Origin: Alphaproteobacteria bacterium
GTDB taxonomy: Bacteria > Pseudomonadota > Alphaproteobacteria > RF32 > CAG-239
Direction: 5' to 3'
Assembly: GCA_015062305.1 (NCBI GenBank)
Contig: SUUX01000005.1
Location: 21,741 to 85,740, forward strand
DNA: 64,000 nt
This document shows, in pieces, positions 18,010 to 27,056 of the stretch. Position numbers and translations under genes: made by a program. The notes under the pieces were generated by a model. The model was not told the DNA's origin. It ran no database searches and worked only from the letters and a program-made list of their open reading frames with translations. The stretch's first letter is position 1. Each line of letters starts with the position of its first letter.

Positions 18010-18147
18010 AAGTTTCCCTTATTATTGTGTGTCAGATTTTAAGAAAAAGTCTCCCCAATTTTTTCTTAAATGTATCGGTTCCAGTATGGAACTGAATTTC
18101 CCCAATGATCTGTCCCGAGTTTTCCCCAATCTTCGGGACAGATTTTT
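18010..18147 (+). ncRNA. Candidate 3'-UTR-derived sRNA with three CCCCAAU anti-SD motifs, ending in a terminator
   Basis: Hairpins 18038-18070, 18075-18095 and 18108-18143 plus T-tract; CCCCAAT at 18053, 18100 and 18124 in loops/single-stranded linker. Confidence 0.55.
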
Positions 18148-18234
18148 AAGTGGATGATTTTGGTTTTGATGTTTAAATGAAAAAAATAACTGTTATATTC
18201 GTTGTGATGATAATTCTATTAAAAGGAAGCGTAA

Positions 18235-18903
18235 ATGAATAATATCGATGATCAGATTAGAGATGCTGAAGAAGAAGCAAGCTTGTTGATGGGATTCTCA
18301 AAAGCTTTGACATCTGCTTCTACATGCAATGATAACCATGTGAAATTGATGGCTTTAGATGAGAATCTGAAGTTGTGGGTAGGAATAGAATCATCGCTGA
18401 AAAGCGCAAAGAATTTGCTTCCACAAGAAATTAAGGAAAATTTATTGAAATTGTCTAAGTATGTTGAACGTTTGACCATATCTAAGGGTGTAGATATGAG
18501 CAAGACAGACTTTGATTGCTTGGCTAATATAAATATGCAGATTTCTGAAGGTTTGTTGGCTGTGGTCAGAAACTCTTTGGCAAAAGAAGAAGCTTTTTCT
18601 TTGCTGAAATGTGCTATTGATTTGTCTAATGCTCATGAAAGTAAAAATTCTGGCGATTTGATAAATGCTTTGGATAATAATTTGCAATTGTGGGTGTATA
18701 TTAAGACTTTGGCAAAAAACAAATCTACAGCATTGCCAGAGGAAACAAAGTCAAATTTGATTAAATTGGCTGATTATGTTTCTTCTAAGACATTAGAAGT
18801 AGGAAAGAATTTGGATAAGGTTGACAATGGAACAATTGAAAGCTTTATCAATGCTAATTTGCAAATATCCGAAGGTTTGATTACCAGTCAGAAGATAGCT
18901 TAA
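18235..18903 (+). CDS. flaF: Flagellar regulator FlaF with two tandem FlaF domains
   Basis: Twice repeated EA..L...ALDxNLxLW...LPxExKxNLxKLxxYV...NxQISEGL motif. Confidence 0.8.
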   Translation: MNNIDDQIRDAEEEASLLMGFSKALTSASTCNDNHVKLMALDENLKLWVGIESSLKSAKNLLPQEIKENLLKLSKYVERLTISKGVDMSKTDFDCLANINMQISEGLLAVVRNSLAKEEAFSLLKCAIDLSNAHESKNSGDLINALDNNLQLWVYIKTLAKNKSTALPEETKSNLIKLADYVSSKTLEVGKNLDKVDNGTIESFINANLQISEGLITSQKIA

Positions 18904-18919
18904 TTATTGTATATTTTAT

Positions 18920-18947
18920 AAAAGCCGTCTTAGAGACGGCTTTTTTT
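18920..18947 (+). terminator. Intrinsic terminator
   Basis: aaaagccgtct-tag-agacggctttt plus T-tract. Confidence 0.8.
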
Positions 18948-19028
18948 ATGCACAATAAGCTGTTATCTCTGTTGTAAAAACAGATAAAAAACAATATAAA
19001 TAAACAGATTACAGATGGAGATGAATAT

Positions 19029-20279
19029 ATGTTGTTTTCTAAATTTGAGCGATTGGTGGCAAAAAGGTATTTGCGAGCAAAGAGAAAAGAAGGTTTTATC
19101 TCGGTTATAACAGGGTTTGCTTTTACTGGAATTGCGCTGGGTGTTGCAACTTTGATTATTGTAATGTCGGTAATGAATGGTTTTAGACATGAGTTGCTTG
19201 GTCGCATTTTGGGGATTAACGGCCATATCGGAATAATGTCTCCTCTGGGGTATCCTTTTAATAACTACAAACAAGCTGTTTCTGATTTGGGAGACATCGA
19301 GCATGTTAAGTTAGTGATACCTATGATTGAAAATCAGTTGTTGGTGTCGGCAGGAAAATCTGCTGAAGGGGCTATGGTGAGAGGAGTTTCGGCTGAAGAT
19401 TTGCTTAAAAAACCTATTTTACAAGAAGCTTTTAAGAAAGTTGATATGAAAGATTTTGTTGGGGATAATGTGGTTATGGGCGTGCGTTTGGCAACCAAGA
19501 TGGGAGTTGTGCCAGGCGATAAGGTGACGCTGATATCGCCAAATGGAAAAGTTACAGCATTTGGCACAGTGCCAAGAATGAAGTCGTATCAAGTGATTGG
19601 TGTTTTTGAAGCCGGTATGTATGAATATGATTCCAGTTTTATATTTATGCCTTTGGATACGGCTCAGACATATTTTGGCTTGAAAGGAGCTGTTACACAT
19701 ATTGACGTGACAATAGATGATGAAAAGGTGTTAGCTCCGGTTAGAAGAGGGATAGAACGCAGTGTTAGTGGTGATGGAGCCTATGTCTACGATTGGAAGC
19801 AAACCAATGCAGCGTTTTTTAATGCTATAGATGTTGAAAGAAATGTGATGTTTATAATATTGACACTCATCATATTGGTGGCTGCATTTAATATTATTAC
19901 CGGTCTGATTATGTTGGTAAAAGACAAGGGTAGAGATGTTGCAGTATTGCGAACAATGGGTGCTACTAAAGGTATGGTAATGCGTATATTTTTTATGGAT
20001 GGAGCATTTATTGGTGTTGTGGGAACAACAATAGGTTTGATTTTGGGATTGCTGTTTTGTCATAATATTGAGGCAATTCGTCAGGGGTTGCAGGCCTTGA
20101 TGGGAAGAGATTTGTTTTCGGCAGAAATATATTTCTTATCTAAATTGCCTGCCAAGGTTGATAATATGGAAGTTTTGACTGTTGTGGTGATTTCTTTGTT
20201 GCTGTCTTTTTTGGCAACGTTATATCCGGCATATCGTGCTGCAAAAATGGATCCGGTGGAGGCTTTGCGCTATGAATAA
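19029..20279 (+). CDS. lolE: Lipoprotein-releasing ABC transporter permease LolC/E
   Basis: GIALGVATLIIVMSVMNGF, VAAFNII, LYPAYRAAKMDPVEALRYE. Confidence 0.94.
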   Translation: MLFSKFERLVAKRYLRAKRKEGFISVITGFAFTGIALGVATLIIVMSVMNGFRHELLGRILGINGHIGIMSPLGYPFNNYKQAVSDLGDIEHVKLVIPMIENQLLVSAGKSAEGAMVRGVSAEDLLKKPILQEAFKKVDMKDFVGDNVVMGVRLATKMGVVPGDKVTLISPNGKVTAFGTVPRMKSYQVIGVFEAGMYEYDSSFIFMPLDTAQTYFGLKGAVTHIDVTIDDEKVLAPVRRGIERSVSGDGAYVYDWKQTNAAFFNAIDVERNVMFIILTLIILVAAFNIITGLIMLVKDKGRDVAVLRTMGATKGMVMRIFFMDGAFIGVVGTTIGLILGLLFCHNIEAIRQGLQALMGRDLFSAEIYFLSKLPAKVDNMEVLTVVVISLLLSFLATLYPAYRAAKMDPVEALRYE

Positions 20280-20985
20280 ACAGACACCTACATTAGAATT
20301 GAAAAAATTACATCGCTCTTTTAGGCAAGGAAGCCAGATTGTAGATGTGTTGCGTGGTGTGGACTTGCAAATTGATAAAGGCGAAGTTGTTGCTTTGATT
20401 GGGCCATCCGGAGCCGGAAAATCTACGTTGTTGCAAATAACAGGGTTGCTGGATCAGCCTAGTAAGGGCGAAGTTTATCTAGATGGACTAAAATGCTCTA
20501 AGTTGGGTGATGCAATGAGAACTTCTTTGCGTAGAGATTACTTGGGGTTTGTGTATCAATATCATAATTTGTTGCCAGATTTTGATGCTGTTGAAAATGT
20601 GATGATGCCTCTTTTGATATCAGGGGTAAAGCCTGTGTTGGCTAAAGACAGAGCAGAAAAGTTGCTAAAGCGTTTGGGATTAGAAAAAAGATTTAGACAT
20701 CGCCCCGCAGAACTTTCGGGAGGAGAACAACAGCGAGTGGCTATTGCAAGAGCATTGGCAAATGCTCCAAAACTTTTGTTGGCAGATGAACCTACCGGAA
20801 ATTTGGATCCCAAAACTTCGGAGGCTGTTTTTGCTGAATTGGTTGCAATAGTCAGAGAAACAGGTTTGTCGGCTTTGGTTGCTACTCATAATATGGAGCT
20901 AGCTAAACAAATGGATAGAATTGTTGTTCTGCAAGATGGTAAGCTGATTGAGACTTCGTCATCTATGGATAAGAACTTTTATTAG
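20272..20985 (+). CDS. lolD: Lipoprotein-releasing ABC transporter ATPase
   Basis: GPSGAGKS, LolD motif GFVYQYHNLLPDF, LSGGEQQR, LADEPTGNLD. Confidence 0.94.
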   Translation: MNKQTPTLELKKLHRSFRQGSQIVDVLRGVDLQIDKGEVVALIGPSGAGKSTLLQITGLLDQPSKGEVYLDGLKCSKLGDAMRTSLRRDYLGFVYQYHNLLPDFDAVENVMMPLLISGVKPVLAKDRAEKLLKRLGLEKRFRHRPAELSGGEQQRVAIARALANAPKLLLADEPTGNLDPKTSEAVFAELVAIVRETGLSALVATHNMELAKQMDRIVVLQDGKLIETSSSMDKNFY

Positions 20986-21008
20986 AGTTATTTTTTTGAA
21001 GAAAATGC

Positions 21009-21037
21009 TTGCATTTGCTTTTGTTTCGATGTATAAG
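21009..21037 (+). promoter_or_regulatory. Putative sigma70 promoter of rpmI-rplT-pheST
   Basis: TTGCAT-N17-TATAAG. Confidence 0.5.
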
Positions 21038-21125
21038 ACGCCTTGAACCGAGTGGTGTGGGCTAATCGGCATGCCTTGCGACTCGTTATAAATCCGTAAT
21101 TTATGTAATTTGGAAAGGGATTAAA

Positions 21126-21323
21126 ATGCCTAAAATGAAAACTAAGAGTGCCGTAAAAAAACGCTTTAGCGTTACCGGTACAGGTAAATTGAAAAGAAAC
21201 GCCGCTTATAAAAGACACTTGCTCTTCAATAAGCCTACAAAAATGAAAAGACAGGCTCGTGGTACTGTATTGCTTGACGAGGCTGATGTTAAAATCGTTA
21301 AGAAGTTTTTACCGTATTTGTAA
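21126..21323 (+). CDS. rpmI: 50S ribosomal protein L35
   Basis: [21 protein letters not shown]. Confidence 0.97.
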   Translation: MPKMKTKSAVKKRFSVTGTGKLKRNAAYKRHLLFNKPTKMKRQARGTVLLDEADVKIVKKFLPYL

Positions 21324-21335
21324 GGGGAAGAAGAG

Positions 21336-21695
21336 ATGTCACGTATTAAAAGAGGTGTTACTGCACACGCACGTCACAAAAAAGTTCTCTCTATGGCCAA
21401 AGGTTACAGAGGACGTAATAAGAATGTATTTAGAGTAGCTGTTGAAAAAGTTGAAAAAGCTTTGCAATATGCTTATCGTGATAGAAGAACCAAAAAGAGA
21501 AATTTCCGTGCTTTGTGGATTCAGCGTATTAATGCTGCTACTCGCTTGCACGATATGACATATTCTCGATTTATGAACGGGCTCGCCAAAGCAGGTATTG
21601 AGCTTGATCGTAAAGTGTTGGCTGATATCGCTGTTAAAGAGCCCGAAACTTTCGCAAAACTGGTTGAACAGGTTAAGGCTTCTTTAAGTAAGTAA
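21336..21695 (+). CDS. rplT: 50S ribosomal protein L20
   Basis: [16 protein letters not shown]...AYRDRR...WIQRINAA. Confidence 0.97.
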   Translation: MSRIKRGVTAHARHKKVLSMAKGYRGRNKNVFRVAVEKVEKALQYAYRDRRTKKRNFRALWIQRINAATRLHDMTYSRFMNGLAKAGIELDRKVLADIAVKEPETFAKLVEQVKASLSK

Positions 21696-21776
21696 TTATC
21701 GAAACAAATGTTGATGTTAGAGAGTCTGCTTGAGCAATCAGGTAAGACTCTCTTGCATTTTAAATATGGTGGAAAA

Positions 21777-22880
21777 ATGGAAAATATAGAAAATCTCAAA
21801 GTAAATACGTTGTTAGCAATAAATGATGCTGCTGATTTGAAGATGCTTGATGAAATTAGAGTATCTGTGTTGGGAAAAAAAGGTGCTATTACAGATTTGA
21901 TGAAGGGTTTGGCAACTCTTTCGGTGGATGAAAAGAAAGAGATGGGAAAAACGCTCAATGTGTTGAAGTCTGAAATAGAAGAGGCTATTGAAGCTAAAAA
22001 ACAAATTTTGGCTGAAGCAGAACTTAATGCAAAATTGGCTAAAGAAACAATAGATGTGACATTGCCTATAAGACCAGAGAACCAAGGGCGAATTCATCCG
22101 GTTTCTAAAATTTATGAAGAGGTTGTGGCTATATTTGGCGAAATGGGTTTTGAAGTTGCAGAGGGACCGGATATTGAAGATCAGTTCCATAATTTTAATG
22201 CTTTGAATATGCCGGCAAATCACCCAGCCAGACAAATGCAGGATACTTTTTATGTGCCAAACCCAGATAGTGATGATTTTGATGATAGTTTTGTGGTTAG
22301 AACACATACTTCTCCTGTGCAAATAAGGACTATGGAAAATAAAAAACCTCCAATTAGAATTATTGCTCCGGGGCGTACGTATCGTTCGGATTATGATGCA
22401 ACTCATACACCTATGTTCCACCAGGTTGAGGGATTGGTGATTGATAAAAATATTACAATGGCTCATCTTAAAGGGTGTTTGTATGATTTTGTGAAAGCTT
22501 TTTTTGAGTTAGATGATCTTCCTGTAAGATATCGCCCATCGTATTTTCCTTTTACAGAACCATCTGCTGAGATGGATATCGGTTGTAAAAAAACCAAGAC
22601 AGAGTTGAAAATAGGAGCTGGTACAGATTGGCTTGAAATTTTGGGATGTGGTATGGTGCATCCTAATGTTTTGCGTGCCGGAGGTATTGATCCTAATGAG
22701 TATCAAGGATTTGCTTTTGGTGTGGGAATAGATCGTTTGGCGATGCTAAAGTATGGTATTCCTGATTTGAGGACATTTTTTGAGTCTGATGTTCGTTGGT
22801 TGAAACACTATGGATTTTTGCCACTTGATGAATCTTCAATGACAGGTGGATTGAGTAATAATGGAGGAGCTGCACGATGA
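21777..22880 (+). CDS. pheS: Phenylalanine-tRNA ligase alpha subunit
   Basis: HPARQMQDTF, RTHTSPVQ, FHQVEG, YFPFTEPSAE; start ATG 21777 preferred. Confidence 0.97.
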   Translation: MENIENLKVNTLLAINDAADLKMLDEIRVSVLGKKGAITDLMKGLATLSVDEKKEMGKTLNVLKSEIEEAIEAKKQILAEAELNAKLAKETIDVTLPIRPENQGRIHPVSKIYEEVVAIFGEMGFEVAEGPDIEDQFHNFNALNMPANHPARQMQDTFYVPNPDSDDFDDSFVVRTHTSPVQIRTMENKKPPIRIIAPGRTYRSDYDATHTPMFHQVEGLVIDKNITMAHLKGCLYDFVKAFFELDDLPVRYRPSYFPFTEPSAEMDIGCKKTKTELKIGAGTDWLEILGCGMVHPNVLRAGGIDPNEYQGFAFGVGIDRLAMLKYGIPDLRTFFESDVRWLKHYGFLPLDESSMTGGLSNNGGAAR

Positions 22881-25267
22881 AATTTACGTTATCTTGGTTG
22901 AAAGAGCATTTGGAAACAGAAGCCAGCGTTGATGAGATTGCAGAAACCCTAACAAAAATCGGACTGGAAGTTGAGGAAATAATCAATCCATCCAAAGAGT
23001 TATCTTCATTTGTTACAGCAAAGGTTGAAGATTTACAAAACCACCCAGATTCTGATCATTTGCATATATTGAAGGTTAACACCGGAAAAGAAGTTTTGCA
23101 AATTGTATGCGGTGCTCCAAATGTGGTGAAAGATATGGTTGGTATTTTGGCCCCGGTAGGTACATTAATACCTGCGTTTGGAGAGAAAATACAGGTTGGC
23201 AAAATTCGTGGTGTTGAAAGCTTTGGTATGATGTGTTCTGAAAAAGAACTTGGTATCGGAGAAGATCATAACGGAATTATAAGTTTGCCTGTGGATACTC
23301 CAATAGGTGTTTCTGCAGATAAAATTTTGGCATCAGATCCCGTTATTGAGATAGCTATTACTCCCAATAGAGCAGAGTGCTTAGGGGTTAGAGGTGTTGC
23401 CAGAGATTTGGCTGCCGCCGGGCTGGGACAACTGAAATCTTTAAATATTGCTAGTAAAAACAGCACCTTCAAATCCCCGATTGATGTTAAAGTTGAGGAT
23501 TTTAATGCATGCCCTGTTTATGTCGGAAGATATATTCGAGGTGTTAATAATAAGGCAGAAACACCAAAGTGGATGAAAGATAGGTTGACCGCTATCGGAT
23601 TGCGCTCAATTTCTCCGTTGGTGGATATTACTAACTACATTAATTATGATTTAGCTCGTCCACTCCATGTTTTTGATGCAGATAAAATAAAAGGTGATAT
23701 TTGTGTCAGAATGGCTAAAGATGGAGAAAAATTTGTTTCTTTGGAAGAAAAAGAATATGATTTAGATGATTTGTCTTTGGGTATTTGTGATGATGAAGGA
23801 GTGCAGTGTTTGGGTGGTATTATGGGAGGAGCTGAAAAGGGCTGCTCTGCGGAAACTCAAAATGTTTTTTTGGAATGTGCATTGTTTACTCCGGAATGTA
23901 TTGCAAGAACTGGAAGAAAATATCAGATAGATTCAGATTCTAGGTATCGTTATGAACGTTGGGTTGATCCTAAATCTAATGTCTTGGGTTCTGATTATGC
24001 AACCCAGCTTATTTTGGATATTTGTGGAGGAGAAGTTTCTGAGCAAATTGTGTGTGGAAATGAGGAGTGTGAACCAAGAGTGGCTTATTTGCGCCCTGAA
24101 AGACTCAAATCTTTTGTTGGTATAGATGTTTCTAAAGAAAAGATAATGGAAATTCTTTCAAACTTGGGCTTTGATATTAGCATTGAAGGTGATAAAATAA
24201 AAGCTGTGTCGCCGACGTGGAGAGGAGATATTGAGGGTGAACATGACCTGATAGAAGAGGTTGTCAGAATGGTTGGTTTGGATGCTGTGCCTGCTGAAAC
24301 TTTGCCTTCTAATAGTTTTCCTAAACAAGTGTTGACACCAGCTCAGCGTAGAGTGGTGACAGTCAAGCATGAATTGGCATCCAGAGGTATGATGGAAACT
24401 GTTACGTGGAGTTTTACGGATTCTAAATTGGCAGAGAGCTTTTTAAACGGAAAAGAAAAAGTGGCTTTGTATAATCCGATTACTTCTGAGTTGGATATTA
24501 TGCGTCCTTCTGTGTTGCCAAATTTGTTACAAGGTTTGAAGGCTAATGTTGCCAGAGGATATGGAAATATCTCTTTGTTTGAGGTTGGTCCTGCTTTTTA
24601 TGGACGTAAACCAGGTGAACAAAATATGGTGGCTGCTGGTATTCGTTGTGGTATGACATCTAAAAAACATTGGAGTGCTAATGAAAGAGCCTATGATGTT
24701 TTTGATGCCAAAGCAGATGCAATGGCTGCAATAGCGGCTGCAAATGGTCCATTTGACAATGCTCAGATATCTTTGGATGCTCCGTCTTATTATCATCCGG
24801 GGCGTAGTGGTGCCATGAGATTGGGAAAAAATGTGATAGCTTATTTTGGAGAGTTGCACCCAATGGTGCTGAAACGCTTGGGAATTAAACAGCGGGTGGT
24901 TGCTTTTGAAGTGAATCTGGATAATATTCCTTTGCCCAGAAATATTACAGATAAGGCACGCAAAAGATTGGAATTGTCGGCTTTTCAGTCTGTGGATAAG
25001 GATATGGCCTTTGTAATGGATAAGAGTGTGAAGGCGGCAGATGTTTTGGCTGCTGCTAAGAATGCCGATAGACAACATATTTCTGATGTTAGAATATTTG
25101 ATGTTTATGAAGGTGAAAACTTATCTGAAGGCAAAAAATCTTTGGCATTGGCTTTGACTTTTCAGCCTGTTGAAGGCACTTTTAGTGATGCAGATATAGA
25201 AGTGCTGATGAATAAGGTGGAACAAGCTGTGAAGTCTAAGTTTGGAGCTGAACTCAGAAATTCGTAG
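22877..25267 (+). CDS. pheT: Phenylalanine-tRNA ligase beta subunit
   Basis: MKFTLSWLKEHL, IVCGAPNV, ITPNR, DLIEEVVR, FDX-ACB tail. Confidence 0.97.
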   Translation: MKFTLSWLKEHLETEASVDEIAETLTKIGLEVEEIINPSKELSSFVTAKVEDLQNHPDSDHLHILKVNTGKEVLQIVCGAPNVVKDMVGILAPVGTLIPAFGEKIQVGKIRGVESFGMMCSEKELGIGEDHNGIISLPVDTPIGVSADKILASDPVIEIAITPNRAECLGVRGVARDLAAAGLGQLKSLNIASKNSTFKSPIDVKVEDFNACPVYVGRYIRGVNNKAETPKWMKDRLTAIGLRSISPLVDITNYINYDLARPLHVFDADKIKGDICVRMAKDGEKFVSLEEKEYDLDDLSLGICDDEGVQCLGGIMGGAEKGCSAETQNVFLECALFTPECIARTGRKYQIDSDSRYRYERWVDPKSNVLGSDYATQLILDICGGEVSEQIVCGNEECEPRVAYLRPERLKSFVGIDVSKEKIMEILSNLGFDISIEGDKIKAVSPTWRGDIEGEHDLIEEVVRMVGLDAVPAETLPSNSFPKQVLTPAQRRVVTVKHELASRGMMETVTWSFTDSKLAESFLNGKEKVALYNPITSELDIMRPSVLPNLLQGLKANVARGYGNISLFEVGPAFYGRKPGEQNMVAAGIRCGMTSKKHWSANERAYDVFDAKADAMAAIAAANGPFDNAQISLDAPSYYHPGRSGAMRLGKNVIAYFGELHPMVLKRLGIKQRVVAFEVNLDNIPLPRNITDKARKRLELSAFQSVDKDMAFVMDKSVKAADVLAAAKNADRQHISDVRIFDVYEGENLSEGKKSLALALTFQPVEGTFSDADIEVLMNKVEQAVKSKFGAELRNS

Positions 25268-25281
25268 CTGTATAAGACAAG

Positions 25282-25317
25282 AAAAAACCGCCAATGTAGT
25301 GTTGGCGGTTTTTTTTT
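25282..25317. terminator. Bidirectional intrinsic terminator
   Basis: aaaaaaccgccaat/gttggcggtttttt between convergent genes. Confidence 0.8.
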
Positions 25318-25325
25318 GTTTTTTA

Positions 25326-26246
25326 TTAAGCTGTTGCCGGTTTTAATTTGGGAGCCGGACGTTTAGTTGTTTTTTTGGGGGTCGGTTTTTTAGTTGGCTC
25401 TTTGGTTATTTTGGCCCCTTTTTTGTTTGTTGTAGCTTTTTTGGGTTTATTTACCGGCTCTGCTTGTTTGGTTGGAGCAGGGACGATTGCTTGTTCTTCT
25501 TCTGTTTTGATGGGTAATGGAGTTTTGTTTAGACGATTGGCTTTTATATAGGCAATGTTAAAACAGATGAAGGTCATCATAAACAATGTCACAATAATCA
25601 TATTTGTATATGGGCAAGCAGTAGTCAAATAATGTAATATTACATAAGGTAAGTAAATGAGTAAAGCAACTAAAAGCCATTGACTATATTTGCGTTTTGT
25701 GTAGTTGTTAAACTCTTTGAGAGAGGGGATCTTGTTTTGAATTATCAATGGCAGTATAATATTGAAGCGAGCTATAAATACAAACCCGATGAAAGAATTT
25801 ATCAAAATTGCCAAAGATAAACAAATAAGAGGGTCTAATCCTGTTAGAGATAATAAATATTGGAATAAGAAAATGGGTGCTGTTCCAATAAGCCCGATAG
25901 CTATTTGAGCCAATAAGTAGATGATGTATGCTTGAAGACTGCTGAAAGGATTAATGATGTTGTAGTTAAATAGTCGTCTGTATATGCAAACATCTGTGGC
26001 AGCACTAACAAGAGGTAAAACCAGCATGGCAGCATATACAACATATATTAATCCAGAAACAGGATGCATTATATCATTGAAATATATGTTTAGGGCAGAA
26101 AGAGCCAATAAAGGCAAAGAAATAACTAGCATGAAACGAATGTTTTTGAAAAACATTTTGTATGCATCTATAATTATTTTTAGCATGAGACAACCTCCTA
26201 ATATTGTACTTAGGTATAATTTAGTATTTATATTAGATGTTGTCAA
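25326..26246 (-). CDS. Hypothetical integral membrane protein with Lys/Pro-rich C-terminal tail
   Basis: About 6 hydrophobic segments, then KPKKATTNKKGAKITKEPTKKPTPKKTTKRPAPKLK; exact start uncertain. Confidence 0.7.
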   Translation of the reverse strand: MTTSNINTKLYLSTILGGCLMLKIIIDAYKMFFKNIRFMLVISLPLLALSALNIYFNDIMHPVSGLIYVVYAAMLVLPLVSAATDVCIYRRLFNYNIINPFSSLQAYIIYLLAQIAIGLIGTAPIFLFQYLLSLTGLDPLICLSLAILINSFIGFVFIARFNIILPLIIQNKIPSLKEFNNYTKRKYSQWLLVALLIYLPYVILHYLTTACPYTNMIIVTLFMMTFICFNIAYIKANRLNKTPLPIKTEEEQAIVPAPTKQAEPVNKPKKATTNKKGAKITKEPTKKPTPKKTTKRPAPKLKPATA

Positions 26247-26260
26247 AAAGAAATTTGATG

Positions 26261-27055
26261 TTATGGGCGTAGTTGTTTTTCTATTTCTTTGAAATAACGA
26301 ACAGTATCTGATTTTAGCTCGTTGGTTGCAGGCTCATCACAGATGATGATGCTATGTTCGTGCATTTGTAATATGCTGATTGGCCACATGTGGTTTATGC
26401 TTCCTTCTATGGCGTGATGGATGGCTCTAGCTTTTTTGTCTCCAGTTGCCAGAATCATAACTTCTTCTGAGTCTGTTATGGTGCCAATTCCGACAGTTAA
26501 GACGTTTGTTGGTACTTTGCTTTTGTTGCCGTCAAAAAAACGTGAATTAGCTTCTATTGTTTCGCTAGTAAGTGTTTTTACTCTGGTGCGAGAAGACAAA
26601 GAAGAGCCTGGTTCGTTGAATGCGATATGTCCATCTGAGCCTACTCCACCAATAAATAAATGGATTTTTCCATAACTTTTTATTTGATCTTCATAATTTT
26701 TACATTCTTTGGCATAGTCTTTGGTTAAACCATTTAGCAAATGAATATTGGCCTGAGGAATATTTACATGCTTAAAGAAATTTTCGTGCATAAAATAATG
26801 ATAACTTTGGGCATCTTTGGGACCTAAGCCTATGTATTCATCCATGTTGAATGTGACAACATTTTCGAAAGATATTTTTCCAGCTTTGTACATTTTTATG
26901 AGTTCTTTATACATTCCTAAAGGCGTAGAACCTGTGCAAAGCCCTAAGACAAAAGGTTTTTTTGCAGTCGGACGAAAGGACTTTATGCGGTATGCAACAT
27001 AATTTGCTGCCCAAATTGAACATTGATCATAGTCGTTTTTTATTATTACCCGCAT
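26261..27055 (-). CDS. nagB: Glucosamine-6-phosphate deaminase
   Basis: VLGLCTGSTP, TFNMDEY, GSDGHIAFNEPGSS. Confidence 0.95.
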   Translation of the reverse strand: MRVIIKNDYDQCSIWAANYVAYRIKSFRPTAKKPFVLGLCTGSTPLGMYKELIKMYKAGKISFENVVTFNMDEYIGLGPKDAQSYHYFMHENFFKHVNIPQANIHLLNGLTKDYAKECKNYEDQIKSYGKIHLFIGGVGSDGHIAFNEPGSSLSSRTRVKTLTSETIEANSRFFDGNKSKVPTNVLTVGIGTITDSEEVMILATGDKKARAIHHAIEGSINHMWPISILQMHEHSIIICDEPATNELKSDTVRYFKEIEKQLRP

Positions 27056-27056
27056 A

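Noticed and set aside
17951-18157. 68-aa ORF spanning the flgH 3' region
   Set aside because: Starts inside flgH with no SD; the hairpin and motif structure is better explained as RNA
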